Part shown: piece after piece, positions 25,650-38,250 of the stretch
Layout of the letters: the number at the start of each line of letters is the position of its first letter
Numbering within the stretch: the first letter of the stretch is position 1
DNA from: Geosiphon pyriformis uo1
Taxonomy: Eukaryota; Fungi; Glomeromycota
DNA length: 64,000 bases
Assembly: GCA_016748015.1 (NCBI GenBank)
Contig: JAAOMT010000531.1
Coordinates: 464,782-528,781 of the forward strand
Direction of reading: 5' to 3'
The notes under the pieces: generated by a model
What the model was told of the DNA's origin: nothing
Databases searched by the model: none
The model's input: only the letters and a program-made list of their open reading frames with translations
Position numbers and translations under genes: made by a program

Positions 25650-28050
25650 TATTGCTAATAATAATACAAATATCTGTATTTAACTTTTTTATTAAGTTTT
25701 CTGTTAAAAGTTCTTTTAAAAATATTATAATAAAGTCAACAAATTAACTTGCTATTAATTATGATTCTTTTTTTATCAGCTTTAATATTATTTAAAAATT
25801 TGTCATTATTGGTAAAAATAATATAAATAAGTTTAACAGTTTTTTTTGTTCTTTTTTATTTTTTTTTTATTGCTTTTTTTATCTTTTGATTCATTTGATT
25901 AATTTTTTTTTTGAGTTGGTTTTGGTTTTGGAAAAGTTTTTTAATAGTAATACTTAATTATGATAAATTTTTTATTATATTTAATAGTTAATTTACATAG
26001 TTTATAATTAAACAATATTTTGTTTTCTTAAATTATTTATTGTTAACAATAATAATGTATTTTTTAGTTTTTAAAAGTTTCATGTTAGTTTTAATACAGA
26101 TACTATTAATTTAAACTAAAATAGCTATGTTTAAATTTTTTTTCTTATTATTATATATATTAATTATAAATTAGATTAAAAATTTATCAATTTTTCTGTT
26201 AATAACTTTTAAAAAGTATTTGGTAATAATACTAATAGATAATTTACTAACTAGAATTAAGTCAATAAAATAACCAAATATTTGTGTTTTACAAATCAAA
26301 AAAAATAATATTGTTATTATTAAATAGTCAAATTTAATAAATGTATTTATTAGTTTTTAATGTTTTTTTTAGAATCAAAAATTTATAAATTTTTTTTTAA
26401 ACTGTAAATAAATTATTAATTGACTAAAAATAATATATACTAAAGTTTTTATAAAATTTTTGACAATAAAATAAAATAAAAATTTTGTTCAATTTTTAAA
26501 ATTTTTTAGCTTAGAAGAATTCTTAAATACTTTGGCTTTTAAAATTTTTTTGTTATTATTAATAAATATTAAAGTTTTATTAAGATTTAAAATGAATTTA
26601 AAAACCAAAAAAAACAAAAAAAAATTGTTGTAATCTCTTGAAAAATGCCTAGTTAATCTACAATAATAACATATAAATAAGTCATAATTTTGCTGTCTTT
26701 AATTGTAAAGTAATTGTTAAAACTAAGTAAATTGAAATTTAAATTTAGATCTCTAATATTATTGGATTTCTTTACTACTTAAGCCAGTAATTCTAATAAT
26801 TAAATAAAATTAATAATAAGTTATCTACTAGCTGTTTATTTGAATTTTAAGTTTAGACAACAAAAAAAGTAACAGCTATTTAAAAAGCTGAAACCAGAAC
26901 AAAAACAAAAGCAAAAACTAAAATGTAGATTTAAATATATTTTTTGGTTATTTTTAATTTTCTGGATGAATTTAATAGCCATTTTTATTTTAAATTTGTT
27001 TTTTAAAGCTAAAAAAGACCAGAAAACATATAACAAGTTAGTTTTTAATTCTTTTATAAAGAAATGAATTTTTTGTTTTTTAGTTTAGTTTTTTTTAATA
27101 TCTATTTATTTAATTAGTTTTTTTTTAGCTTTAATATATTTAATTACAATTTTATCAAAATTTTGAATTTTTTTTTAGTTTTATATGCTATTTGAAAATT
27201 AAAATTTGTATTTTAAATCTGTTTTTAAATTGAGTAGTAAAAGATATATATTTTTTAGTTTAAATTAGTATTTTTTTTATAATTTTTTAAAGAACATCAA
27301 TATTAGTTTTTTATAAAAACTAAGTAATAAAAAAGTTTTATAAGTAGTCACTTACAATTTGGAATTTGTATTCAATATTATATTAATTGGCTATTGCTGT
27401 TTTTTTAAATTATTCGGCTATTTAATTGGATTTTGTACATTATTTCTAAATAAAAGTAGTAAAGTGTTATTTTTTTTACTTTAAAGCAGTTTATATATTT
27501 TGAAAAACAGCCAAAATGTTTGCTTAAATTAAATTAATTATTGATTTAAAAATAGCTGTTTTTGTAAAGAGATTTAATTTACTTGAAAAAAGATCAAAAA
27601 CAAAAAAAGTTTGGTAGCTTTCTTTTTTTGTTTCAAAAAATTCTTAACGAACTGATAAATAGCTATTTAAATATAAATTTAATAATTCAGATATTCAAAA
27701 TTAGATGGTAATTGTTCAAAAATTATAGAATATAAAAGTTAATTAATATTGTCGTTTTTTTAAAAAATATTTTTTCAAATAAACTTGGTCAAAAATATAT
27801 ATAATATAAACAATATAAGTTTTAAAAAAAAAACAAATCAAACAAAAAGACAGAAAATTAAATTCAATAAGTTTTAGATTATTTTTTTGTGTATTTTAAA
27901 GTGTTTTTTTGATTGTTATAACAAATATAAATAATCATTCATAAAATAAAAAACAATATAAATTTTAACAACTTTACAAAAAGCACTACTTTTATATTAT
28001 AGATTAGAATAATAAGTTAATAAATAGCAAAAAAAACAAAATTATATAAT
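25650..28050 (-). mobile_element. Hypermutated Ty3/gypsy-type LTR retrotransposon relic (gag capsid, zinc knuckle, aspartic protease)
   Basis: Minus-strand translation through stops gives the expected domain order. Gag: LFRNNVQNPIK*..YKFQIVSDYL (~27330-27460) and KKLIK*ID..QKIHFFIKELKTNL (~27030-27150). Decayed CX2CX4HX4C knuckle: ICYYCRLTRHFSRDY (~26630-26680). Protease active-site remnant: GYFIDLILVSKLSISII, i.e. LILDSG-type (~26225-26275). Confidence 0.75.
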
Positions 28051-28149
28051 AATAAAATTAATAAAAAAAAATTCAACTTTAAAGAATTAATTAAATTAGT
28101 ATAAAGTTAATATTTAAAATTAGTTTTATAAATATTTTAATTATTATAT

Positions 28150-31100
28150 TTTCTAAAAAAGTAATAAAAAAATTTGAAGATCGAAAAATAGTCGTTATTG
28201 TTAATAAAAAATAACATATTGATATAATTTTATGTCTTATATTGACATTTTTAAAATTTAATATTAAGTATTGATTGTATTTTTTAGTAATATTTATTCA
28301 ATAATTTTTAAATTTAACAAATATATAAATATTAACAAGCAATCTTTTATTTACAGATGTTTAAATACTTATAAAATTAGGAAAAAAAATAAGTAATATA
28401 AAAAAATTAAATATTTAAAAGTAATTTTTATTACTTTAATATTTTGTATTTTCTAATATATTTTTTTACAGCTAAAAAACTCATCACTTATATAGCTATT
28501 TAAAATAATTAATAATTAATATAAATTAACCAATTATAATATAGTACAGCAATAATCTTGGAAAAATAATAATTAGCATAATAATAAGCACTATTTTATA
28601 ATAATAGCAAGTACTAGTTTGTAATAACAGCAAGCACCAGCTAGTAATAGTAACAAACACTAAGTTGAAATATTAAAAAAAGAATATTACAATATGTTTT
28701 TTTGTAAAACTATAAACATATACATATATAGTAATTTTAATATTAAGAAAAATTATCTTGTTAACTTTTAATTTTTTACTTTAATAATTTTTTAATCTTT
28801 ATTTTTAAATAAATACCCAAAAAAATCTTTAATTAAAAAAATATTGAAAATTAAATTATTATAATCAAAGTGTTAAGAAACTTATTTGTATTATTTATTG
28901 AATCCTTTAAAAAATAATATCTAATTAATAAAAGCTTTATTGTAAAAATTAAGAAAAGTACTAAAGACTATTAACATTTTGTGTTTTTAAATTAAAAAAA
29001 CCCTTTAGATAATTGTAAGAATAGTCTTAGAAAAGATTTTACTACCATAAATAAATTTCAGATTAGTTTTTGAAAAAGACTATATAAATATACACAACAA
29101 TTAAGAATTAAAAAATAACTTATATTGTAATATTAAAAAGAAAGTTTTTAGTATAATATCAGTATTATCACACAAATAGAATTGAAACAATCTCGTAACA
29201 GTAGTTAATTATATAATATTGGCTAATACATATGATAATTAATAAAAACTATGATTTTTAATCATAATAATATTAAACAGTTTTTATATTTAATTATATA
29301 TATTATTTCCAAAAAAGTTTTATTATTAACATAATTTAAAAAAAATACTAATAATATTTCAGATTAAAAATATTATTCAAAACAGCTTTTTTTTGTTTAG
29401 CTTTCTATAATTTTATTTCTTTTAAATTTAATTTTATTAAAATTTAAAAGTAATATATTTTTTATAACAAAATATTTTAAAATCAGTTTTCGAAATAAAT
29501 ATTTTAAAATACTTTTAATAATATGTTTTTTATTAGTAATAAAGCTTTTTATATGTTTAAAAATAATTAATTTAGTTTTGAAATTTTGAATTCTTTAAAA
29601 CTTATAAAGCTTGAATACATAATAAAACTTTTTTACACCAAATAAAACAGATTTAATATTATCAAAATTGGAATCAGTATTAATTAAACTTTGAACATCT
29701 GAAATTATAACATTATTGAAAAATTATAATTATATTAACTTAAAAAACCTGTTACCAAATTTTAATTTTAATGTATTAACAATTTTTAAAACTAAAAGTT
29801 TCAGTTTAAAAAACTTAAACAAAGTTTTAATTATTAAAATTACAAAATTACAACTTAATAAACATTTTATTTACTAAAAAATACATAATTTTTTAAATTT
29901 TATTTTTTTTAAAGTTATTAAATTTATTAAATAAATTAATTGTTATAAAAAAAAACATTTTTAAAATATATCTACTTAATATTATTAACATTTTTAAAAT
30001 TGTGTTTTTATTGGGCTTGTTTGTTTGTTTTTATAAAAAGACTAATTGTATATTTAACAAACTATTTAAACCCATAAAAACAGCTTGGTAGTTATATTAA
30101 AAAACTTATTTATACTTAAAATTTTATGATTAGTTATAATATTAACAAAATTTACAGACACAAAAATATAATTTATTATTTTTTTATATTTTTTAAATTA
30201 TTTTTAATCAAATTTTAGTTATTAAATGGTTTATTAAAGAGTTAATCAAGCCAAAATTTAAATATTTTTTAAAGTTAAAACACTTTTTATTAAAGTTGCC
30301 ACCAAAAATTACAAAAAAAAACTTGTTTACAGTCTTAATTATCAAAAAATTGATAATACTAACTTAAATCATTTATGTTTTTATAAATACATTAATATAA
30401 AGTCTTAAAATTAAAACAAAAAACTTATTTTTAAACAGTAATCTAATTAATAAAAATCAATTAGTTATTTTAAAAACTTTATATACATGTTTAATCAAAT
30501 TTTTATTTATAATAATTATAATATCAGAATTTAAGTAATCATAATTCAAACCAAAAATAAGAAATTTTATATTATTGAACTTGTTTTTAATTTAAACTTA
30601 ATATGGTTTTTTAAATATAACCAATTATTAAAAAAAATATTTAAAATAGTATTATCAGAATTCAAATTATTTAGTCATAAAAAAAACAACATTAAGAAAT
30701 TTTAAAAATTCTATTATTTTGGCTTTAAAACCACTCGATTTTATAATTATAAAGTTAAATACAATAAGACTTAAAAATAAAAAAATAAAAAAATATATCT
30801 ATAATTATATTTAAATTAAAAATCAAAACTAAAAAAAAGCCACTAAATTAAAAAAAATTATAGATTATTATATCTATTAACAAAACATAAAAATGTTTAA
30901 TAACAATTTCTAAAAACTCATAAATATTTGTTTATATTAGCTTTTTTATATATAATAAAAATTTTTTATGAAAATAAATTATTTAAACTTTATTATAGTT
31001 TTTTATTATAAATTAATTAACTGTATTTTAACAAAAACCATCTTTAGTTTTAGTTAAACTTAATTTAATTTCATAAAATTTTAAGAAAATAAAAATCTTT

Positions 31101-31150
31101 TTAAAGTATTTTTTTAAAAATTTTTATTAACAATAACTAAAAAATTAATA
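28150..31150. repeat. Unassigned hypermutated repeat DNA, probably more retroelement debris
   Basis: Same extreme CpG/GC depletion and texture as the flanking identified relics. No domain could be recognised with confidence. Confidence 0.35.
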
Positions 31151-31184
31151 TTTAATATAAAAACTTTATAAAATTAAAAACTAT

Positions 31185-32780
31185 TACTTTTGTTAAGCAT
31201 TTTTATACCAAAAAATGGCTGATTTTTGATTGAAAAAGTTTTTATTATTAGAAAAGATTAAATATTTAAAATCCAATTTTTAATTCGTTTAGAGTAGCAG
31301 TTAGTTATTTAAATAGTAAAATTTCTTATTATGTTGTTTTGTTTGTAGTTGGCATTTTTAATTTTCTAACATGCTTAATTCTAATAAATTTATTATTGTA
31401 AAAAATATGTTGTTTAATTTTGACTTGAATATTATTAATATTTACACAGATAGTTCTTTAGAAAATTTGAATATACTTGAAATATAGAATAATACTGCTG
31501 TATTTTTTGCAGATTTAGAGATATTTATTAGTATTAGAGTAAATAATCTATTTTTTTTTACTTTAATGAAATTATAAGTTCTCACTTTGGTTTTAAAATA
31601 TGTTTTTATCTTTAGTGCTATTATAATAAGCTTAAACAGTTAAGCTATTTTAAATATATATATTTGTTTAAAATAGATTTGATATTAGGTAAAAAAATAT
31701 TATATTATAAATATTATTAAGAATAAAAGTTTTTATATAATCTGATTAAAAGTCAAGAATCATTTAAGAATTTTAAATAATAATAAAGCTAATAAACTAA
31801 TTAATACTGCTTTTTTCTCAAGTTTGGCTTTATTTGTTTATGTTCAGAAAAAGTATATTAAAGCTGGTAATATGGTTGTTTCTAGAAATGCACAGTATTT
31901 TGTTTGTGATGTTTTCAAAGCTGTTTGTTATGTTTATTAAAAAGCTAGATTTAGAACCAAGATTGTTAATAAAAATTAATTTAAAAATATTGATTAAAAT
32001 TATACTTTTTTAGTCTGGCATCTTAACTTATATATGACTTTTGGATATATAAATATTTTCACATCAAATTTGCACTCTTATTTTATAAAGACTTTGTATT
32101 GCAATTTATCTGTTGCTGTTTAAAAGCAGCTATACAATAAATATTATTATAGTGTTTTAAGTTTTTGTTGTAATAAGATCAAGTTTTTTAATTATTTATT
32201 TTTATGTAAGAAGAATTGGAAGTTTGTAAATACTTGTTGAATTCACATATTGTTTTATAGAAATCTATGTTGGATTTAAACGGATCATTGTTATGTATTT
32301 TACAGCTGCTTTTTTTGTGTATATTGGATGATATTCTTTATACTGCTCTAAACAAAGGTTTTGTTTTTAAGAAATAATATTTAGAAGCTTTCTCTATTTT
32401 TGAAAATGTCAAGATTGCTGTTAATAAGATTGTGAACTTTGTGCATAATTTATTGTGATAAGATATGATTGGTCCAGTCTAAATTCAGATTAATCATAGA
32501 AAATAGTGGTTTAATATTTTGTAATAGTTCTGTGTTTCCTGCTGTCTATGGTCTGTTATCTTTGCTTTTTGTTAATGTTGTAAGATTGCTTGGAATTGCT
32601 AAAAAATTGGGTGTTTGTTTCGGGTTATATAAGTTGTGTATGTTTTTTTCAGATATTGATAATAAGATTTGTGTTAAGATTGGCCTAAGTGGCTGGTTAC
32701 ATTAGTAAATACGTGATTTAGATCACTTAGTTAATGTATTGTGTTAGTGTTTGGGTCTCACTCATTAAATTAAAAATTAA
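31185..32780 (+). mobile_element. Hypermutated LINE ORF2 3' portion (RNase H, C-terminal Cys/His finger) and 3' end
   Basis: IYTDSSLENL..TAVFF..LFFFTLMKL*..LNS*AIL..LKVKNHLRILNNNKAN is a decayed RNase HI (YTDGS..AEL.A..DSQ..WVKGHSG..GNE.AD), starting at 31443. It is followed by a decayed CxxC..H..C region (~32160-32210), an open C-terminus (32469-32705) and the 3'-end core GATTGGCCTAAGTGGCTGGTTAC. Confidence 0.85.
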
Positions 32781-33400
32781 AAACTTTTCTTTTCTGATAA
32801 AAGCTAAAGCAAAAGACTTTAATTTGTTTAATATTGAAAAAAAGAAGTTAAGAACTTTATTATTTTTATTTAAGTACCAAAATTAGGCTGTTTTACTAGT
32901 TTTTTAAGTTATAAACATGAGTATAAGTTCTTTGCAAAGCCATATTATTCATAGGTTTATAATTATCCATTTTTTTATCATCAATAAAACTGGTCTTTTT
33001 TACATAAACATTATCTATATTCTTAATATTAATATTTCTATTAACATTATTTTAACAACTGTTAACTCTACCTTTTCAAGGCTTAGACTTAGAATTCACA
33101 TCAGCTTTCAACATATTTGCCATCCAAAAAACCAGTAAACTACTGTTGAGCTTCCTTGCCTTCTTTTTCATCTTGCCAAAATTATTTGTTGAAATATCTT
33201 TCTTAGTACCAAAATGAGTTTTTATTTTGTTTTTACTTTTTACTGAACCAACAGTAGGAATGCCCAAAGGCTCCAGCTTTGTAAATAAGAGTGTTTTGAA
33301 AGAAATAGCTTACGAAAAAACTGGGTAAAAAGAAAAATAGTAAAGTATTTCTTCAACTTCTCTTTGCTCTCTTCGTGGTCAGAAGATCAACAAAAGAAAG
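32780..33400 (-). mobile_element. 5' part (ORF1 start) of a second LINE relic, in opposite orientation
   Basis: ORF 33076-33267 continues through stops as KKTSF..RTYTHVYNLKKLVKQPNF..KSFAL. This resembles the ORF1 N-terminus of this LINE type (recalled, unverified) and the 3490-4100 relic. Confidence 0.45.
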
Positions 33401-33579
33401 TTTTTTATACTTTTAGTTTAATATTGTTTTTAAAACCCAATTTAAACAAAAATAATAATTATTATTGTCAAATAATTAAAATATATATATTTTAAAATCT
33501 TGATCTTTTATGAAATGAATTTAAAAATCACTATAATTTAAAATATATAATACATTTTGTTATGAGTGAATTATATTTA

Positions 33580-35103
33580 TTAAAAATTTTGTAAATCTAA
33601 CTTTTCTGAAATTTCTGGAAGGTAAATAAATTCTGTTTTGAAAATATCATTCGAAAAAAAGTCAGGTATAATGAATCAAAGAATTAATCAATGTAAAACT
33701 TTACTAAATTAGATAAACTAACCTTTTGTTTCTTCAATCATTTGCAAACTTAAAAGACGACTTGTATAAACTGCTCCTGAATGAATGTTTGTTGTCGTTA
33801 TTGAATAATTTGTTGTCGCATCGTTCTTCAATATTTCTTTTACATATTTATTGGATTCTTTAAGCTGTTCCATTTCAGGCGCGTCAGCTTCACGCCGTTC
33901 ATAAATCTTAATAAGTTCCCCCAACTTCTTTTTGACTTCTTCGGCAGTAGGACGATTCTCAGGATTAGCATCCCAGCACTTTTCAATTATTTTGGCAATA
34001 CAAGGTGGAATAAGAGGGGAGGTAATTTTAGGTCTGGCACCATTTAGAATATCCATTATTAGAGGGTGGTCATGTGTACGATCATAAAAGGGAGGCTTTC
34101 CTGTTGCTAATTCCCATAATAACATGGCAAGACTATAAATATCACCAGCCATTTCAAACTTTCCTCCTCTTAAAACCTCTGGTGGGATGTATGGAACCAC
34201 TCCAAATATTCCTTTTTTGTCATCTCTTGTTGCGAAATTGTTTGTAAGTTGACATAATCCGAGGTCTCCAATATCTACCCATTGTTCATCATGCTGTAGG
34301 ATGTTGCCCGAGTGTAGGTCACGATGAACCATACCAGCAGAATGAATGTTATCAAGTCCAATAGCTATATAATGCGCGATCGATAATTTATCGTACCAAT
34401 CAGTAGAATAAAAATTTGTTGATAAATGTTTTCGCATATCTCCATATTTGGCAAAATCCATCACAATTCCATACTGGAGTGTTTCAGCGTTTTGCGTAAT
34501 CCCATGGATTGAAGAGATATTGAGTAGTTCCTTACTGTTATTATTAAACATAGTTCTTTGGATATTTAACTATCAACAGTGTAAAAAATTTTAAATTAAA
34601 TAAGCAGATAATATAAATAATAATAAAAACAATTTGGTTACCTCTTTAAACACTTCTTCACTGTTCTGTATAAATTTTATTGCCACTTCTGTCCCTTCTT
34701 CATTTCTTTTAGACCTTTCATAATGCATTTCACCATGATGTTTTATAGTATATTCATTAATTAATCCATCAATTACAGTTGCTTTATAAATTGTACCGAA
34801 CCCTCCTCTACCAATTTCCTTGATATTCGACAAACGCTCCCATGGAATCCAAGAATAATAATTAATATAACCATTGTAAAATTCTCTATTATGTTCACTA
34901 TCAGGTGGATAATAGATTGGATTCTTAATTATTTCATCAACCACTTTATTGCCGCTCGAAAAGTCTAGGTAAAGTTTTTCAAAAAATAAGAACCAGCATA
35001 TCCTACACCGATTATAATTATCTTGGATGTTTTTTTGACACACTTCACATAGGCTGCAATCATGAGTTTCTGGACGAGTTCTTTTAATTCCAAGGATTTC
35101 CAT
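33580..35103 (-). CDS. Tyrosine-kinase-like protein kinase with N-terminal His/Cys5 motif; 3 exons (~35103-34642, 34569-33723, ~33632-33580)
   Basis: GRGGFGTIYKA, VAIK, HRDLHSGNIL, IGDLGL (DFG variant), PYIPPE and DIYSLAMLLWEL are all present, with GT-AG introns in frame. The gene appears intact. Confidence 0.92.
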
Positions 35104-35199
35104 TTTGTGGATAGGCGTGGATAAGTATGGATAAGTGCGGATAAAGGATTAAATGTAAATAAGTTACTATGTGAATGTCGATAAAATAGGGGTTCTTTG

Positions 35200-35460
35200 A
35201 AAAGCTTTATTTGATAGTACGTTTAGAAAGTAAATTTTAAATGAGAGCTCGTATTTATGTTTCTCTATGTTCACATAGTTTAACAAATTAAATTTATTTA
35301 AAAAAATGTTGATAAACAGGTTTAACTTTGGAACAAATTTCCCCTTGTCTCATAAAACGATTTAGGCTTAAAAATGCAGTACTATAGAAATTCTTTGTGC
35401 ACCCAAAACAGAAAAGACCGCTTTTGATTTCTGGTTTTGTTAGTTCTCGGTTTCTCTCTA
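35200..35460 (-). promoter_or_regulatory. Conserved upstream module of the kinase family, copy 2
   Basis: Shares the TTTATTTGATAGTACGTTTAGAAAGT box with the other copies, and AAAAG.CCGCTTTT.ATTTCTGG..TTGTTAG..CTCGGTTTCTC with ~51705-51760. Confidence 0.6.
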
Positions 35461-36607
35461 AACTATATTCGGATTGCCAAATAAAAGTTTAAGATATCTT
35501 CTTTCATATCACTTACAAGAAAACTTTTTATTAAATTGGAGACCGAGCTAACGTGAACCAATAATTCGAAATGGCAGAGTAACCACAGTATCTTGCCACA
35601 ACTGGTGTAATGTTAGCATTGTGATCTTTTAAACATATCTGAAAATATTATTACTTTATAAATTTAACGTGCAGCTTAATATTTTTAATTTATGAAAATT
35701 TGTATTTAATTTGAGAAAAAATTTAGATTTTTATTCAATTATTTATCAACTTAAATTGTTTTCTCAAAGTATAAAAGTAATTGTATAGTTCGGGCGGAGA
35801 AAGTATTAGCGACATATTGGTACCAAAATTTGTCGCGTTTCCAAATTCCAAAAAAAAGCCAACGCGTAAATTTTATTTTTATTTCCCCATGATATCACCC
35901 ACCACCTATTTATTCTATTTATTCCCCCCACCAAAATTAGCATACTTTACTTAATTATTGATTCATTGTTAAATTAATTTTTAATTTTTTTAATAAATAT
36001 ATATATGATATATTTTCAAAATTGTAAAAATAAATAAATAAATGATAATCAATATTTATAATTTTAAATTATTATTTCAAATTTAATTTTTTACAATTAT
36101 TTTGTTTAAAATTTTATTTGTTTTTTTCTTGCTTATTTTAATATTTTATTTATAAGATATTATTAATTAATATTTTAAAATTTAATTAAATTTCCGTTTG
36201 TTTTATTTAGATTTAAATAAAATGTGTAGGAAACAAATAATAATAATAATAATATATTTATTGTTATATAAATCAAAATTAATAACAGTTTTATATACAA
36301 ATATTTATTTACAAATCTGTATTTTTTATTTTTTCTCAACAAATTAATTTTAGTCAATTATTAATAAAAAATTTTATGACAAAATTAATTATTCATATAC
36401 ATATTATTTATTAATTTTGCTATTTTATAATAATTTATATAAATTAAGAATTTGTATTTAAAAATTATTAATATTAAAATATTTGATTTTCTTCCAAAAA
36501 TACTTGATATCATATCCACAATATTTATATCATATTTAAAAAAACTAAAACAATCTGGCTGAATTATTTAATGTATATAATCTATATTGATGTAAAACAA
36601 GATTCAT

Positions 36608-37681
36608 TTAAATCTCCTCAATCAATTCTTCTGGATAGTCTCCCACTTTCACTTTGTTGGGGCGAACGAACGCGCCGTGTTTGGGTGCAGCCTTAAAATA
36701 ATGTTCACCTTGAACGCTTTAAAATTAAAATTAAAATTTGAATTATTAAAGGTATTTAAGTGGATTGATTTTATAGATCAAATAGTACGTACGTTCCATC
36801 ATGTTTTCCGAAGGGTTCATCATATTCAATACCAACCCAATATCCTGGTTTGAATTTGGTTTCACCTATTGTGTGAAAATATTAGCTACCAATTAAAACT
36901 CAATTTAATAATATATTCCAGTCAATATCACTAACCAACATATCGAACTATTCCACGTCGCTTCAGCCCGTCTTCACTCGATTCACCGAACTCCACTTCA
37001 CAACGATCCCCAACTTTGATATTTCTTGCCTCCTCCTCAAATGTATGAGAGTCGTCTGAGGTGCTGGTTTGAGCACCAGCGAATCGACCAAGTTTGTTAC
37101 GTTGTTTAAAGGCAAGTACCGAATCTTGGTAGTGGGTAGATTAAGATTAGATATCTTTTTGTTAGTTGAAAAATTGCCTTTAATACCTGTTCGTTTCGCA
37201 TACTCATCCTCTGGCAATTCATATTTTTCCACTAGTGACACATCAGTATATTGATTTTTAAACCCACTGGGATTCGAATTGATTACCTAGAGGCAAGTCC
37301 AAATGGTAAAACTTTATACACTAAAAAGACCCGGCAAGTAAAGAACCATGTTCTTAAATACCTTCAATGTCATAAAATTATCAACCGGAAAGGCGCCCAA
37401 CATGTAATCATCCCCTTCTACTGAAGCAACCGGTATTTCTCCATTCAAGAGCTGTAGTACTTGGGAAGAGGCAGGCACACCAGTGATCGGCTCAAGTTTT
37501 ATCTGAAAATTGAGAAGATACGCTAAAAAGTTTTATTTAAAATTTTTAAAAGCGTACCAAGCAATTATAATTTGATAGGAATATCTATTATTACTTTAAG
37601 ATCACCTATCGTGATACTTTTGCTAAAACGACGTTCCGAAGACGTGTTTTCACTTTGCACAAATATTGTCAGAATAGACAT
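36608..37681 (-). CDS. TBCB: Tubulin-folding cofactor B (Ubl + CAP-Gly), multi-exon
   Basis: [32 protein letters not shown] (Ubl), [57 protein letters not shown] (CAP-Gly) and a C-terminal EEI. Yeast ortholog ALF1. Confidence 0.93.
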
Positions 37682-38250
37682 TATGTTAATTTTCGTTTGT
37701 CTATGGTTTGCTGGATTCAATTTTTATGTAATACAGTGTCGATTCGTTATCATCTGATTCAATTATTAGTTTATGGTTACCCAAATATAAGTGCATGTTT
37801 GTAGCGTGAAAAGAAATTTTTTCGAAATCAAACATTAAATAATTGTATAAAGTGCAAGGTGGATGAATCTAGCTGTAAATGTAGCTCTTGTGAATAAATT
37901 CAAGATATATTTTACAGTGAAAGGGAATTAACTAAAGGATATCAGGAAAGAGAGTCTATTACAATCCCATATAATATAGTACTAATAAAGGTAGGAGAAT
38001 CTACAAAATAATTATAATAAACAAATAGTAAAATCAAAATACACATTAAGCCTCCAAAATTATGAGACTCTAAAAATTATCGTAAAAGGGAAGCTGCCGA
38101 AAGTACAAATATCATTATTTACTTTTTTGCTTTCATAACATCCATTCCGCTGTGTTCAAATAAATTAATTCAAAAAACAACAAAGTCCGTACCTCAAACC
38201 CACTATACTACAATTTGGTAAAAAAATCATCATCAAAGCATACCAGTAGC

